A DNA stretch of 64,000 nucleotides from Chrysomallon squamiferum (lineage: Eukaryota > Animalia > Mollusca): the NCBI GenBank assembly GCA_012295275.1, contig CM022674.1:15934001-15998000 (forward strand), in the 5' to 3' direction. Shown one piece after another: positions 32,846-47,324 of this stretch; within the stretch, counting starts at the first letter, position 1, and each line of letters opens with the position of its first letter. The position numbers and the translations under genes are program-made. The notes under the pieces were generated by a model. That model was not told the DNA's origin. It saw only the letters and a program-made list of their open reading frames with translations, and did not search any database.

Positions 32846-35800
32846 TTGTTATGAAAAGCAGCTTTTGCAATTAATGTAAAACTTGGAGGTCATGACAGAG
32901 AAAGAAATATATTAAAAAAAATTAAAACTTAAAAAAAAAAAAAAAAAAAAAACGCACTCCTCAATAACAGACTTTTCATCCTCTGAAAACTGATACACCA
33001 ATAACATTTGAAATAATAAAATATTCCAGTTTTTTGTTATTTTAGTCTTTAGAAATCTGCACTCTGTCTAAAACGGTACATCACGTTAGTCTCAATGAAT
33101 CATCCGATTTTGACAGCGTCCACTGTATTTATTTTTATTGTTTATATTTTAGTTATTTATCACATATTAATAGTTACGGTATAATGTTTATGGTATGTAA
33201 ACTGATATTCCTGGAACGTACCTACACACATTTACATTTATTACTCTTTACACAGCTATATACGACGTTTCGTTATCAGCGATTTTCTGTGGTGTGCAAT
33301 GACGTACAACAAGAACCCCACAAACAGAAGAAAGAAACAAACTATAGCTGAAGGGAGATTACTCTCATATAATTTTTTATTTCGGGGTGAGGCGGGATTT
33401 CTACTTTTATTTGCGGTATTTGTTATTTATGGGGTTTTTTTTCAGTTAAATGTAAATTCTAAGAATCACGAAGAGTTGACTTCTTTATATATACAGGTAA
33501 TGGTAGAATATTACTTTCTTGAAATGTTTGTTGCTTCTTTTTTTTATTATTCTTTATATACTTTGGAGTACATGTTTGTAATATAGTTTGTAAAATATTT
33601 CGTCGTCTGCTTTTTGGAAAGTTTTCAAGGGCAGATAATAGATAATGAATTATAAAACAATACGATGTAGAATCTTGTCACAAGACTCGAGTGTAATTTT
33701 TATTTTTTTGAGAAATTTAGCTGAATTTTTATGTATCAATCAACAGAGTAATCAGTTATATTTTGTTTTTCATTTAAATTATTATGTCATTTTATTTAGC
33801 AGCTCTGTAATATAATTATCTTTTAAAATATATAACATAACTATACAATGACAAAAAAAATAAGGAGATTAAAATTACACGAAAATATCAGTGATATGAT
33901 TGATGTGAAGGAAGTAACGAATTTTTATCTGAATTAAATTTGCTTGGTATTTTTCCTTCATAATCTGTGGAAAATCCGAGATTCATTTCAGTCATTTGGC
34001 AAACAGAACACTGAATATCTCGTACAGTTTCAAACCAGTATACACGTTTTATATCAAAATGATGATTTCTACAGCTCTACAGTATTTTTAAGCATGATGC
34101 AGAAATTAACAAATTTTAATTAATTGCACTAAATAGCTCATATGTACCTTACAGTTTAATTATTAATTTCCCAGTTTAAGTAACTGCTAATTCATTTATT
34201 TGTATGAAATTTGGCAGACTATAATGGAAACTATAAACGTATCTGTCAGTTCTCAATTGTTTATCAAAGTTCACAAAGAAACGAATGTGAAAATGAAGCT
34301 GAATATATATCATGATATTTTCTTTTTTTTAGAAAATAACAAAACAGAAACATAAATGAGGAAAACCCTTTCAAGGAAGGAAATTAAGATTACAAAAATG
34401 AGTTGACCTTCGCAGCAGCATTACATAAGCTTTATGTAAGATTTAGGTAAATAGATAAATATCTTTCTTATATTTGAATAATCTGCAAGGCTTTGTATGA
34501 ATCTGTGTAAAAGAGAGAAAACAGTTTGCAATTTTGAATAAAATATTACAATGACTCCACTTAATTTCATAATAAAATGTTTTTCTTTTTCTTTTTTTTT
34601 AGAACATCTCACTGTGCTGAATTTATAAGTCAACATGACAGATTTCAGTTGTATCCAGTTTTAGTTCACGTTGTATCTTATACATCAGTCAAACAATGTG
34701 GAAATATTCAGATTTTAGAAAGAGAAATTTTGTTTCGTCTTCACTAAAGGAGATGATTGCTGCTTGTTTTCTCAGTCATGAGGCTGTTCAGTAATAATGA
34801 ATAACAGCTGAAAGCTTTTTGTTTCAAGATTTATATCTGATTATCTACAAAAGTTCTGGCATTGTTTATTTTTTATGTATATATAATTATTTTCCCGAAT
34901 AAGATGGCTGCCATTATGTGGCAATTCTGTACAATAAAGAGTAATACCTGGCTACTGAAATGTTTTAAGCAGCTTCTCTGTTGGATGATATTGCGATTAC
35001 ATCAATTCTGTATAAAATTATTCAAACGTCAAATAAAAAAGTAAATCCGTAAAGACCGGCAACAATAATATGTGTTTGTAGATAAGACTGAATATCAAAT
35101 TACATTCTAATTTTTCATAATGTAAATATTATTCCAGTGTTTAAATCGAATTGTCATCATTTTATTATATTTTATCTCCTATTACATTCTTTTACAACAA
35201 AATTTCAAACATATTTCTGAATTGTTATTTTTACGAGATTTAAAACAATTTAAAATATTATTTTAACGTCGTTTTTAATTGACCTTGTGTTTTCGTTTTC
35301 TTGGACGAATTCGTTCTGAAAGACAAATGTGAACTAATAAGACAGGTATATGTAAGATACTCTGATGAAAACTCACTAACGTATTTTTAAAAGCTAAAAT
35401 GTATTATTTGGTTCTTTTGCATTCAAAGACGTATCTAAAATAAACCATGCCTATGTCAAACACTGAGAGTTCACACCTATACAAACATCTTTTAAATAAT
35501 TTTAAAATAAAATAAAATAAAATAAAATAAAACAACAATAAAATAAAAAACGACATACACGCACACACACGCACATACACATTTATTTTCAACAAATTGT
35601 AAAACAATGAAATTCTTTTGCTAAAAACGATTGAAATAAGCTATCGTTTTCTTCAAAACGATTGCGTTTTTCAGCTATGGATTTCTATTTAAAAGTGGCG
35701 AAATAATTTTCAACTAAAGATTTGCAGTGATGTAGAAGGATCGGCGGGAATATAAATATGTCGACTAGACATATTTCACATCTATCTTGAGAAAAGATCA

Positions 35801-36220
35801 AACCCAGCGTTAGGCCTATAATTCACGTAAATATTTGTAACTACCGTCAATGTTTTTAGATATGTATATGCATCATGATCGTAATATCTGTATGTCTAAT
35901 CAGTTTAATGTGAATCAACCTTAGACAAAGAATGGGAAATAGTGAATGAAAAATGGGCTATAGATATAGAGATTTCAGCAGTTGCTATCTACACAAAAAT
36001 ATACTCACATAGTATCCTTTTTTTTTGTATCTATAAATAAAAGTGTAACCTCTCAAAACATGTTTAGACAAAAACATTACTGCACTGGCTGCTGCACCAT
36101 CATATTTTGTATCAACAAGAATGTATATCGCCAAATATAACAATATCCTTATTAAATCTGATTTTTTTTCTATCAAAGACGTATGGAATGTTCTGTTTCG
36201 GTTGTCTTCGCAAAAGATAA

Positions 36221-36268
<48 letters not shown>

Positions 36269-39200
36269 TAAATAAATCATGTACACTGTCTAAAACCTTT
36301 TTATGAGGATGGTAATGATTTACCTTTTATTTTTTTATTTTGCCTTGAATGTGAACACCTTCCAATATTTCTTATGTTTAATGTATTTATTTTTAATACA
36401 GGAAAATTTGATATTCGCTATGACGTTTAACATGAACAGAAGCTTAAATGTTTAACAACAAATGTAAAGAAAACTAACAAAGGGTTGAGAAATGGAAAAA
36501 TGATGAGTTAATTTTACTTGAATTATTTCAGTGGCGGTTTTCATTTGTCACCAGTAATCTATGTTTAATTACAACGGGAAGGTCTACGTTGTTCAAGGCC
36601 ACCGAGAGACGTCCTGTCCGTCTCTTTACAATAATATCTTACGTCTACAAATCGTGCTGGGGATGGGTATTGAAATTACTTATTAATTACACTGTATAAA
36701 AATTATCATATAAATCATATTTATTTTTAATCTTCGCTGAATTTACCCATCGATAACAAAATAAGACGCAAGTTTTATAACGTCTGTATTATTTATATGA
36801 GAATTTAAAATTACATTTATATTATTGTCAGTTATTTTTTTGAATAAACATGGAGTTTCATTCTAGATTAACTTACTTTTCTCAGAATAAAAATAACAAA
36901 CTCACATTAGCTATTTCTGAATAAAGAGAATCAATTTGAATTATTTTATTATTTTTTTATTATTATTACTATTATTATTTTTATTTTTATTACCCTTACT
37001 GTTGTTATTACTATTACTATTATTATAATTACCATTATTATTATTATAATTACTACTGTGTTATTATTATTATTATTATTATAAATAATTCTGCCTATTC
37101 ACTGGGTTCCTTCATTAGGAAATAAAACTAAACAACATTCTTAGCTGAAATAGATGAGTTTTTTTTATTGCATACAAATTAACATTAAACATGATAACGC
37201 CCATTTCCCATCGTGATGTTTGCTTTATAATGAAGTAACTATTCACACCAGCCCACAAAAACATTTACATATTATTTCAGATTCAGTACATACCTTTACA
37301 ATGTCTTTGTGTTCGTTTTTACTGATCTAGGTTTCAAAAGGGGACGCTTACATATAATTAAATTTGAATAGATTATAGGCCATCAAATGAGAAATTCATA
37401 TCATTTAAAATTGATTTTAAATGCTTTGATACAATTTATTTTTAATTAATTTTTGTTTTAGACAGGAGCTGACCAAAGGGAAATTTATATATATTTAAAA
37501 CATTTTTAAATTAAACTGGCATGACAATCTATTCATGAATTTTTTTATCATATTGGCAAAAAATACAAAATCTACATACTTGCATATTTAAGGTTAACAA
37601 AACATATATATTTTAAATATTTTTAACAGATAATTGGGCCAACTAAAGGGAAATTATCTAATTTTTAAAGGTTTTGTTTTGTTTACAAACACAAAGCCCA
37701 CTGATGTGAAACTCTTTCCAGATGTAATCAGTTGCAGAAACTGGTACATCTAAACATTCTTTAAATTTCTACACACATATTATACATTTTATTTCTTTTT
37801 ATTCTTTCACATCAAAACCATACTCTTAAACTGTAAAAGAGAACATTTTGTTTTATAAAGCAAGAATCATCTCTCACTTAGCAAAACAGCACTTTTGAAA
37901 AACTATTTAAAACAAATTTAAATCACTTTTCATGATGTTAGAGTGCCATACACATTTCAGTGTGATTCTAATTATGCATAATGAAGACACATAACAAAAA
38001 TAAGTTTTGCGTATAATCAGCTAATAACAAATATTTTCAACACTTGTGAATTAAAAACAGCCAGTGTAATACCATCATGAAACAATTAACGCATTATTCC
38101 TTTTAGTTAAATCATTAGGAATGAAACTGGAAAAATGAAGACTGGTGAATATTAATAATAATAATTTTGATAACAGTAGTAATAATAGTAATGATAATAG
38201 TAATAATAATAATGACAATATTAATAATAATAATAATAATAATAAACTAGAGTAATAATAATAATAATAATAATAATAAACTAGAGTAATAATAATAATA
38301 ATAATAATAATACATTTTTTACATTTCACCATTATCGTTTTAAAAAAGAGAAGAAAACAGTAAAATCAAAATATTAATTACAGAACAATGAGCACAAAAT
38401 ATGTAGAAGGAAACTGATACTTTTCAATTTTAATTAATAATAATAATAATTTAAGAAAGAAAATCAAAATCAAAATAGAATATTACATGTATACAAACAA
38501 ATTAGATATTGATCAGATTTTACATTATAAATACCACCCTAATAATGCTTTATAGCATCTTTAATTTATTGTAACAATTAACCACTTATTAAGTTTAGTA
38601 ACAAATTTTCCATGAAAATTAATTAAATGCTCTTGATAGTGTTTTGATTGTACATGTATGTAATAATACCTAAAGCTTAAACACATAAATCTGAGAATAA
38701 CAGATTTCAATATTTCTGGTCCATTAAATTTAGCAATGGCTTAATTTAGATTAATAATAATAATTAGCAGGGCTTTAAAAATAAGAAAATTAATAAACAA
38801 GTGAGCAAGCTAATTTAACCTGCAAATAAATATTTAAAATAAAATTTAACAGAAAAGATCATTTATGATATTACAGCCCTGTAATATTAAATTTATAATT
38901 TATAATTGATGATGATGATAAGGATGATGAAGAGGATTAAAACGGAGACATTTACATGATGATACAGGAATATTTTGTAGATGATAAATCAATTAATCTA
39001 TAAATAAATGTAAAAATAAACATCACAGACTGAGTAAATTAGTGTATAATTCTGGCATACTCAGTCTGTTAAAGCATTTTGTATGGAGGAATGATGTTAA
39101 TGGAAAAATAAATATAGAAATTAAAAGAATAACAAATAAATAAATAAAATAATAATAAAAATATAAGAAGAATTTAAAAAATCATAAGATAAAGATTGTT

Positions 39201-39409
39201 GACACCAGAAACAAGAATAAAATAATGCTAATGGAAATATGGAAATAATGAAGTAGTCTAAGTTATCAGGATATTTGTATACTACAATATAAATATAAAT
39301 CCTGAATTAAAAAATTTAGTATCTTTTAAAAACACTTCATTTATAATCTGATTATTGATAAATATAAAAATAAAGAAGAAATATTTTATTTAAGGACATA
39401 CACAGCATG

Positions 39410-40366
39410 TTTTTACTACTTCTTTGTGTCTTTAAAGGTAAACAACAATTCAGCTAATGATCAAGAAAACCTGTTTCTGCAATGTGAACTGACTCCCTGA
39501 CAAACTAAAAATCTGCTTTTAACATATACCTTTCCACAAAAAACAAACATACACATCTTTTGGTAGATAACATTATTAGTCCTCCATGCAGAACTCATCC
39601 TGGAACACAACAAACCTTGGCCATGCACTCTAACCACTGAGCCAGTCTATCCATCACTATAAGTTTAACACAATTGATTAAGTGAATACTTATGGAGTAG
39701 TGTTTGATTTGTTTATTTCTGAATCTCAACTCAGTTTTGTTAAAGCTAATGAGTACTTGGTGTTTCGTGACATTTGACTTCCATTACGTGAATTAAAATT
39801 AATAAAAATAATAATAAACCCTGCAATATAACCTGTCTGATGAAATAAATCTTCATAAAATTTAACTGAGGAGCAGTCATTTAAAAAATCCTTTAATATT
39901 AACTTTCTTTATTGGCAGCTTCTGAAATACTGACATTATATAAGGATCTTTAAAAGCCTGAAAGCATCCATTTTAAATAATACAAATATATTTACATAGG
40001 AAAAAGCATTCATCAGTCTGTACACTAAAACTGAATATTACAAATATCAATTTTTCCAGTACAATAACAATTTTCATAAATTCATATAATAAAAGATATA
40101 ATACAATTTTTTGGCTTGTAATGTACATTTTTTTAAAGTAAAATCCTGAACCATAACTAAAGACTCTCACAAAACTTACTTTCTGTTTCCTGACCATTCA
40201 GAAGATGTTAGTTTTATCAAGTGGAAAAAGTAGATGATAAGATGCTGTTCACAGAATGTTTTGATGAGGTGTAGATTACATAAAGAATTAGCTATTCCTA
40301 ACCCATCTTTCAAACATATCTCTGAAAAATAAATAAATAACCATGAGACAATAAATATTTAATAAC

Positions 40367-40426
<60 letters not shown>

Positions 40427-41865
40427 GAACAGAAAGCCTGACCTAATAATAAAATAAGAATTTGTCAATTATGAAATTTAAAAACAACAACAACACATCT
40501 GTCTTACTAGATATTAACATTCATAAATTTAATGCTAAATTTTAAAGTTACCATCTGATATATTATTTTATTTACAAAAATTGTGATATTAAACCCATGA
40601 AATTTGAGAGACTGCAGAGAATAGAAACTACAGACAACAGATACTGTACATCCATCTCCAGTGTATTTTAGTGTGTCTGTCATCACAGGAACAGTGACAC
40701 TGTGTGAAGGCTGACATTCCATCTGGTAACAGGAAAGTCAAACATTTTAAAATACTTATAAAATATTATACTTCTTCTTCTTTTATTTTAACATATAGAA
40801 ATTTACCACAAAAATAATCACATTTTTCAGTTCTATAACCTAAAAGATAACAGATTTGGTTTTTCACCTAGCTTGTCCCTTTAATAAATAATGTTACCAA
40901 GTGTGAAGGAAGAATTTTCCACCTGTAAAAGTCATGTATCCTGACTGCTGATTATGTCTGCCAAATCAACAAAATGCCTCAGTGTTACAGGTTCTTGTTT
41001 TACAGAATGATCTGGCGACACACGTCTAGTGGCAAACTTCATAAAACGTTGCCAAATTAAACAAGTCCCTTTTTTTCTTATAAAAGCCTGGAGATTTTTT
41101 TGTTAGGAGAGAATTGTGGAACCATCGCTGTCCCCTAAACACACCTGGTAACTAGTTATTTATATATTTCCTGGTTTCACTGAATTAACCCGTATGTGAT
41201 TGATGTGACAGATTACAGTATTTCTATTCAGTTATATTAGTCTTTACTAGTGAATTTTCAATGTTATGTGAATACAGTTTTTAAAAGTTCTTATGTTTGT
41301 TCTGTTCTAGTGTTATGGTATTTATAATATACTGCATACATAGATCCCATACTGACCAGAAGAGCAAGTCAACTCGGGTTGTACCTGCCTGAGACAGATA
41401 CACATTTACAACTTAGGGGAATCCCCATGGCACCAAGTAAAGCATTATAATGATAATATTAATAATAATAATAACAATAATAATTAACAAAACAGCAAAT
41501 AACTGATTATTATTACACTGTTTTATTGTTAATTAAGAATTTTCTCTAAGACACAAAATAAAATAAACTCACAACTCAGAATGCATGAGAATGGTTTCTG
41601 TAACAGCTGATTTATCCTTCTCCATGATGTAAGTTACCTTTCTAGGCAGCACCTCAATAATACTGATATGACCTACATAACATATTTAGCATCAGTAGTA
41701 AGTATAAAGTTTATTAATTTTAATAAAAATATGATATTTTTTTTTATCAATCTACATTTGTCTGACAAACACATTTTTTCTGCTTATTATCATTTGTTGA
41801 TATTTCAGTTATTTTTATTTATGTAGGAAATTAGCCAAGATACAGGTACACACACATACAGCCAA

Positions 41866-41939
<74 letters not shown>

Positions 41940-42200
41940 TCTCTCTCACACATATACATACACACACACTCTCTCTCACACATAGCTACATATACATACA
42001 CACACTCTCTCTCACACACATATATACACACAGCCACTCTCTCTATCTCTCTCTTTCTCTCTCTCATTGACTTTGCTCTAAAGTAATCATTATCTCTAGG
42101 TAAAGATTTAAGGCAACTAAGTAAACTTTAGTCTTGACAAAACAGATTAGCTGTGTGTTATCACTAACCATAACAAGCTCAACAAACAGGACAAAAATTT

Positions 42201-42245
<45 letters not shown>

Positions 42246-43414
42246 ATAAAACATACCCTGCCACTGTTGAGAGGTCTCTGAAAACATTCTACTACAGGCC
42301 TGACAGATCACTTGACAGCAGACTGCTGATAAGATGTTGTGTCATCTGGAAAATTACACAATAACAATAAAATAATAAGTTTTTTTAACATATTTTAATC
42401 ATGATGATGATAAAAATTAATATCAATAATATTAATAACCTTAACAAAAACAATAGTAGTAATAAAATATTAATAGTAAAAATAGGAATAATACCACAAC
42501 AATAACAGTAATAATAATTTACTATATATTGTTTCATCTATTACTGATTATAATAAGCATAATATTTGTTAATGAGAAAAAGAAGGAATGAATGTTTTAT
42601 TCAACAACATGTATATAGCATCATATTTTTGCTTTTGCATTTAACACGTTTTATCAAGGAATATGGTAACTATACTGTAGAAAAAAATGTCATACGGGAA
42701 ACACAAATTTCTTCATAGATAATTTTCAGAGCATTTATTTTTTCTATTTTTGATGAATAATTATAAGTTTTATATAAAGTCTGAAACTGGAGGTAATTCA
42801 AACAAAATGACAATGCACATAATAACTTTAATAATTAGAATATATATCTTGAAATATTTGAAATTTTTAAAATATTTCACTCACATCTCATTTTTCATAC
42901 AAATGTTCTTTAAAAGTATTTTCTCCAAATGCTTTCTGCAAAATCCATGCCGTCGATGAATTTAATTTGGCCTGGCAAACATCAGAAATAAATAAATGTT
43001 AATGATGATATTAAGAAGAAAATGAAAAACAGTAATAATGATTTTAAAAATAATAATAATAAAAATTTAAAGTCGTAATAGTAATAATAATAATAAAAAG
43101 AAGATGAAGAAAAAGAAAAAACGATTCCGTGGTAAGAATTTCAGCCAGGACGTGACGTTCTCTCTCTTTTAAAATTCGCGCGAATCTCCGAATTGCGCAA
43201 AATAAAACATCAGAATCCATTTGGATTCGCATCATATATTTCCAAAATTCTATTAAACTGAATAATCAACGAGTAAAACGTTAATTAAAAACAAAAATGC
43301 GTAGCATACATAGGAATCATAGTAGTTTATCGAGACTAGTCTAGCCTGAGGCCTAGCGGTGGTTGACCCATTTCTATGAACCAAATTACCAAGAAACAGA
43401 ACCGAAAGGAACAT
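39410..43414 (-). pseudogene. CAMSAP: CAMSAP/Patronin N-terminal (CH-domain) unprocessed pseudogene; exons ~43414-43310, 42971-42885, 42345-42257, 41672-41573, 40722-40595, 40321-40196, 39470-39410
   Basis: Exon translations: LVSINYYDSY | AKLNSSTAWILQKAFGENTFKEHLYEK*D | HLISSLLSSDL/CQACSRMFSETSQQWQ | GHISIIEVLPRKVTYIMEKDKSAVTETIL | VPVMTDTLKYTGDGCTVSVVCSFYSLQSLKFH | EICLKDGLGIANSLCNLHLIKTFCEQHL | SLAELLFTF. These are colinear with CAMSAP motifs (YD..AKI.A.L.W..KAYG; LLSSELYC; GH.SVIQALSRKGIYV; DG.AL....YCP; DICLK....ADSLYN..L; AELF..F). Most exons have GT/AG borders; one in-frame stop and frameshifts are present. Confidence 0.85.
39580..39652 (-). mobile_element. tRNA-derived SINE head remnant
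   Basis: Minus strand ggatagactggctcagtggttagagtgcatggcc carries a Pol III A-box-like tRNA 5' half. The B-box is degenerate and no full cloverleaf is evident. Confidence 0.35.
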
Positions 43415-44039
43415 GTTTGTTTTATGCATCTAAATTTTCGGAAGGCGATCTTCCTCGATCCCCATATGCAGAGACTGTGTCCAAACCTAGAACTATATAA
43501 TATCCTACATATGCATCTATATACCACTACACAAATACCAAACATAGAAAAACATTTCATTTACATGGCTGAAATAAGATTTATCCTTTATTATTATTAT
43601 TATTATTTTATTTTTGTTTCCGCTATCTTTAATAATCATGATGTCGATCGAGGTATCACACAGTTGTGGCTAAACACCTTTCAAACAATCAGAGGCTGAG
43701 AACTGTCACAGGATGAGTATACGTACACTTCCCCTACAGAGTAATATTACAATGCGGGATGTGGAACACGGATGAGAGAATGAAAGGAATAAACGAGTAA
43801 ACATGCAAAAGAAAATGTAAAAGAAAGCTACAACTATTATAGAAATTATGAACTATGACAGAATTAAAACAAAACAAATATAATTAGAATGAAAAAAACG
43901 AAACAATAAAAGAACGAGAGAAGAATTAAAAATGATAATAAATAAAATAAAATAAAAAAATCATATAATCGAACGCTTGGAAAATAAGATATGAGATATT
44001 TAGACGGTGTGGTCATGCACTTGAAGGCTGAGAGCACAG

Positions 44040-44345
44040 TTAGAAATGGTGTTAGCATCAGAATTAAGTTCAGTCCCTTCATTAGGGTTACGTTTAAGGT
44101 AGGTTATGGTTAGGATGAGGGTTATTTAAATTTTATTATCAATGTTACGATAATGTGCAAAATAATTTTACGGTCATTAACAGCAGCGTTAACGTAAGAA
44201 TCAAAGTTGTGGACTTGGATAGGATTACATTTAGAAGTTGACTTAGGGTTAGGATTAGGAACAGGGTTAGGGTTAGTGTAAGAGTTAGGAATAGGGTTAG
44301 TATTAGAATTAGGATTAGGGATAGGATTAGAGTTAGGATTACACC
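44040..44345 (-). repeat. Inverted 1-2 units of the telomere-like satellite
   Basis: The reverse complement carries the same unit (aaaattattttgcacattatcgtaacattgataataaaattt; ttagggttagg). Confidence 0.8.
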
Positions 44346-44590
44346 AATACCGTAAGCACATAAATCTGGGAGAACTGAGCTGGAGCCATGGAGAAGTTGC
44401 CATCCATGAAGCTGGCAGTGCAGTGGCCAGGCGCCTGAGTCCCAGTTCTGTGCTAAAGGCGATGATCCTGCTAACAGCCTCTGGTCCAGTGTCGTAGAGT
44501 AGGAATTGCTCTGGATAAGGGCCAACGGTCTTCTGCCACTCATCTGGTATGAACTCAGAGAGGTGCTGTGCTACTGGAGGAGTCTTGTTG
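44346..44590 (-). mobile_element. MULE (Mutator-like) transposase fragment
   Basis: IPDEWQKTVGPYPEQFLLYDTGPEAVSRIIAFSTELGLRRLATA, then after a frameshift FMDGNFSMAPAQFSQIYVL. This matches the MULE motif (FLLYD...RI..F.T...L..L....W.MDGTF...P..F.QLY) around the first catalytic Asp. The stretch is locally GC-richer. Confidence 0.8.
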
Positions 44591-45693
44591 TTGTTGTGTA
44601 AATTGATTTTCCAGCCCATCCAATTAAATCGCATTCATTAACACATCAATGCATTTCAGAAATTTAAAATATAAATAAAATCATCTACAGTATATGCACC
44701 CTTATACATACCAAGACTGACTTTCTTGGAGTACCTCCACCAAATCTTGTTATTCCTAGTAGGTAACTTGGTGGCCATGATAACACATTTTTGATCCTCC
44801 TTTCTGACTCCATAGTAATTTTATTGATATATTTGTGATATGTATTCTAACGATGGCACTAATGAGTCTCAGGAATGGTGCTCGCTCACAACTTTTATAT
44901 TCATAGCGTGGGTAATTAAGTGGGAAGCCATCTGGGAAACCATATACAGGGACAGATCTGAGGATAAGATAAAGGGATAGATCTGAGGACATAAAGCGAA
45001 GGGATTACCCTTTGAATGGTTCAATTAGAGAATGGCTTCTTAAATGGTTTCTTCAAGAAAATGATAATTGAGACATTTAAAGAACCCACTGGATAGGTCA
45101 AGCACTCAATGACAATTAAAACTCAATTGGGCAACTTAACTGGGAAACTGACTTATGTTAGAGAGATGTAGAGATATAGATTGACAAAGTATTTATGGTG
45201 AAACATATGGATTATCAATTGGGGAATGATAATTAATGGGAGAAAGAGCTGCATATTTATGATGAGTATTTAAGAAGCATTAAAAATATTGTTAGGCAAA
45301 AAAATAATTTGAAATACTTTTAACATATTTGAAATAGGAATTTTAGTAAAAAATATGTAATGTTTCTTTCTTTCATATTTCTTTATTTTTTTTTCCTGTT
45401 ACTTTTTTCCGTTTCTTTCTTTCCTGTTGCATTCTTTCCCAGAACCATATTTTTAATACCAATGTTTTCTCAACTGTTTTAAATCCTGACATCTGCAAAA
45501 TCAAACCTATTGGATTTTATCTAAAAACAATAAATGGAAAATCATGCTGAAATTGTTATAATTCATATAATTTAAAACAAACAACAAAAACAAAAAAGAA
45601 GTCTTGATGTGTTTTTATTTTTATTATGTATGTATTGATCAAAATCTGTTTTTGTTGTCTGTCAACCAGCAAAAGATAATCTGACATTATCAT

Positions 45694-45739
<46 letters not shown>

Positions 45740-45796
45740 TTATTACACATCTTGTTTGAGTTTATTAAAACAAACATTAAAAGCACTAGAATGAAC

Positions 45797-45871
<75 letters not shown>

Positions 45872-47324
45872 TCAGTCTTTTTTGTCTATTTACAAATACG
45901 TAATACAGAGTCATTTCCCTTAGACCATTAATGCATATGCAATGTCAAGCTAAATTCGGTTTACTACATTTAGATGAAATCGGCTAATTCTATAAATGTT
46001 TTAGAGCAAAATATTCTAATACGATAAATTAAATTCAACAGTTAATAAAGAGCCAGTTTTCATTATTTGTTGCTTTATTTGATTTATTATTATTACTTAA
46101 TTAATTATTGAAAAATTCCTATTTTGCTTAAAACATTTATTTGTTATTTTATTTCTTTTTGGAGTTGTCGCTTGAGTAAAAACAATGACATTTACACTAT
46201 AAATCTCGGACAGTCACGATCACTCTGGGTTTCTTCGTGTGACATCTGCTTTGGTTTTGTATAATATATATAAGTGAATAGTTCTTATTTAAAATTGTCA
46301 TTTTTTATTCAATAGTAAACGTGTCACGCGAGTCTCGATTACGTCATTAGTTTTACACTACGATGTAAAACAAATTTCTAAGGCGGAGACAATTTTGAAT
46401 CCTTTTTTAAAAATAAAATAAACTATACAGGAAAAGGTGAACATGTTGAAGTGAATATAAACTACTCTGCTGGATAAGCTTAATGTTTTTGTTTTCTTTT
46501 TCTTTTATTATTATTGTTATTATTATTATTACATATATTATTATTGTTGTTGTTGTTGTTGTTGTTGTTGAAAACGTGAGAAGAATGGTGAAAACGGAGA
46601 TACACTTTACCTGAACAAGAAAACTTTGTGACATACTATATCATCGCTGCTTTATTATCAATGTTTTCTACAGTGTTTATTACTAAATTACTGAAGTTAT
46701 AATTACAGCGACCACTGTGCACATCTCTACAATCTGTGAGGTAGACAGGTAGACAGACGGACAGACAGACAGATATAGAAATAAAAAAGCCAAAACTGAA
46801 CTGAGTGACCAATAAAAGAAAAGATGTGAAAAGCGAGGTTAATGTGATATTATATTATAACGCTTGTACAAACATTTTCTTACAAGTTCATATATTAAAT
46901 ATATCGGCTTATTACTTAACTACATATGTAAACACCATCTCAGTTATATCAACTTAACAACGTATCCTCTAAGGCAAACAGGTATATCAAACTCTTTCTT
47001 TTCTCTCTGTGTGTATATGTGCGTGAGTGAGTGCGTGCGTGTGTGTGTGTGTGTGTGTGTGTGTCTATCTGTTGATAATTGTTTCTATATAATGACGACA
47101 AGTCAATATCTGACATAACGACATTAATGATAAAAACAACAACAATAATTGCAATAATACTACTTAAAATGATTTAAAAAAATTAATAATAATAAAGAAA
47201 AAATACTCAAACAAGGGATAAAGAAAAGATTAAGAAAGGAAATAAAATGTTATTTCAGTGATATATTTATTATAAAGAAACAATTACATTAAACAGAAAT
47301 AAAAATAATAATATGTAGGTTTAA

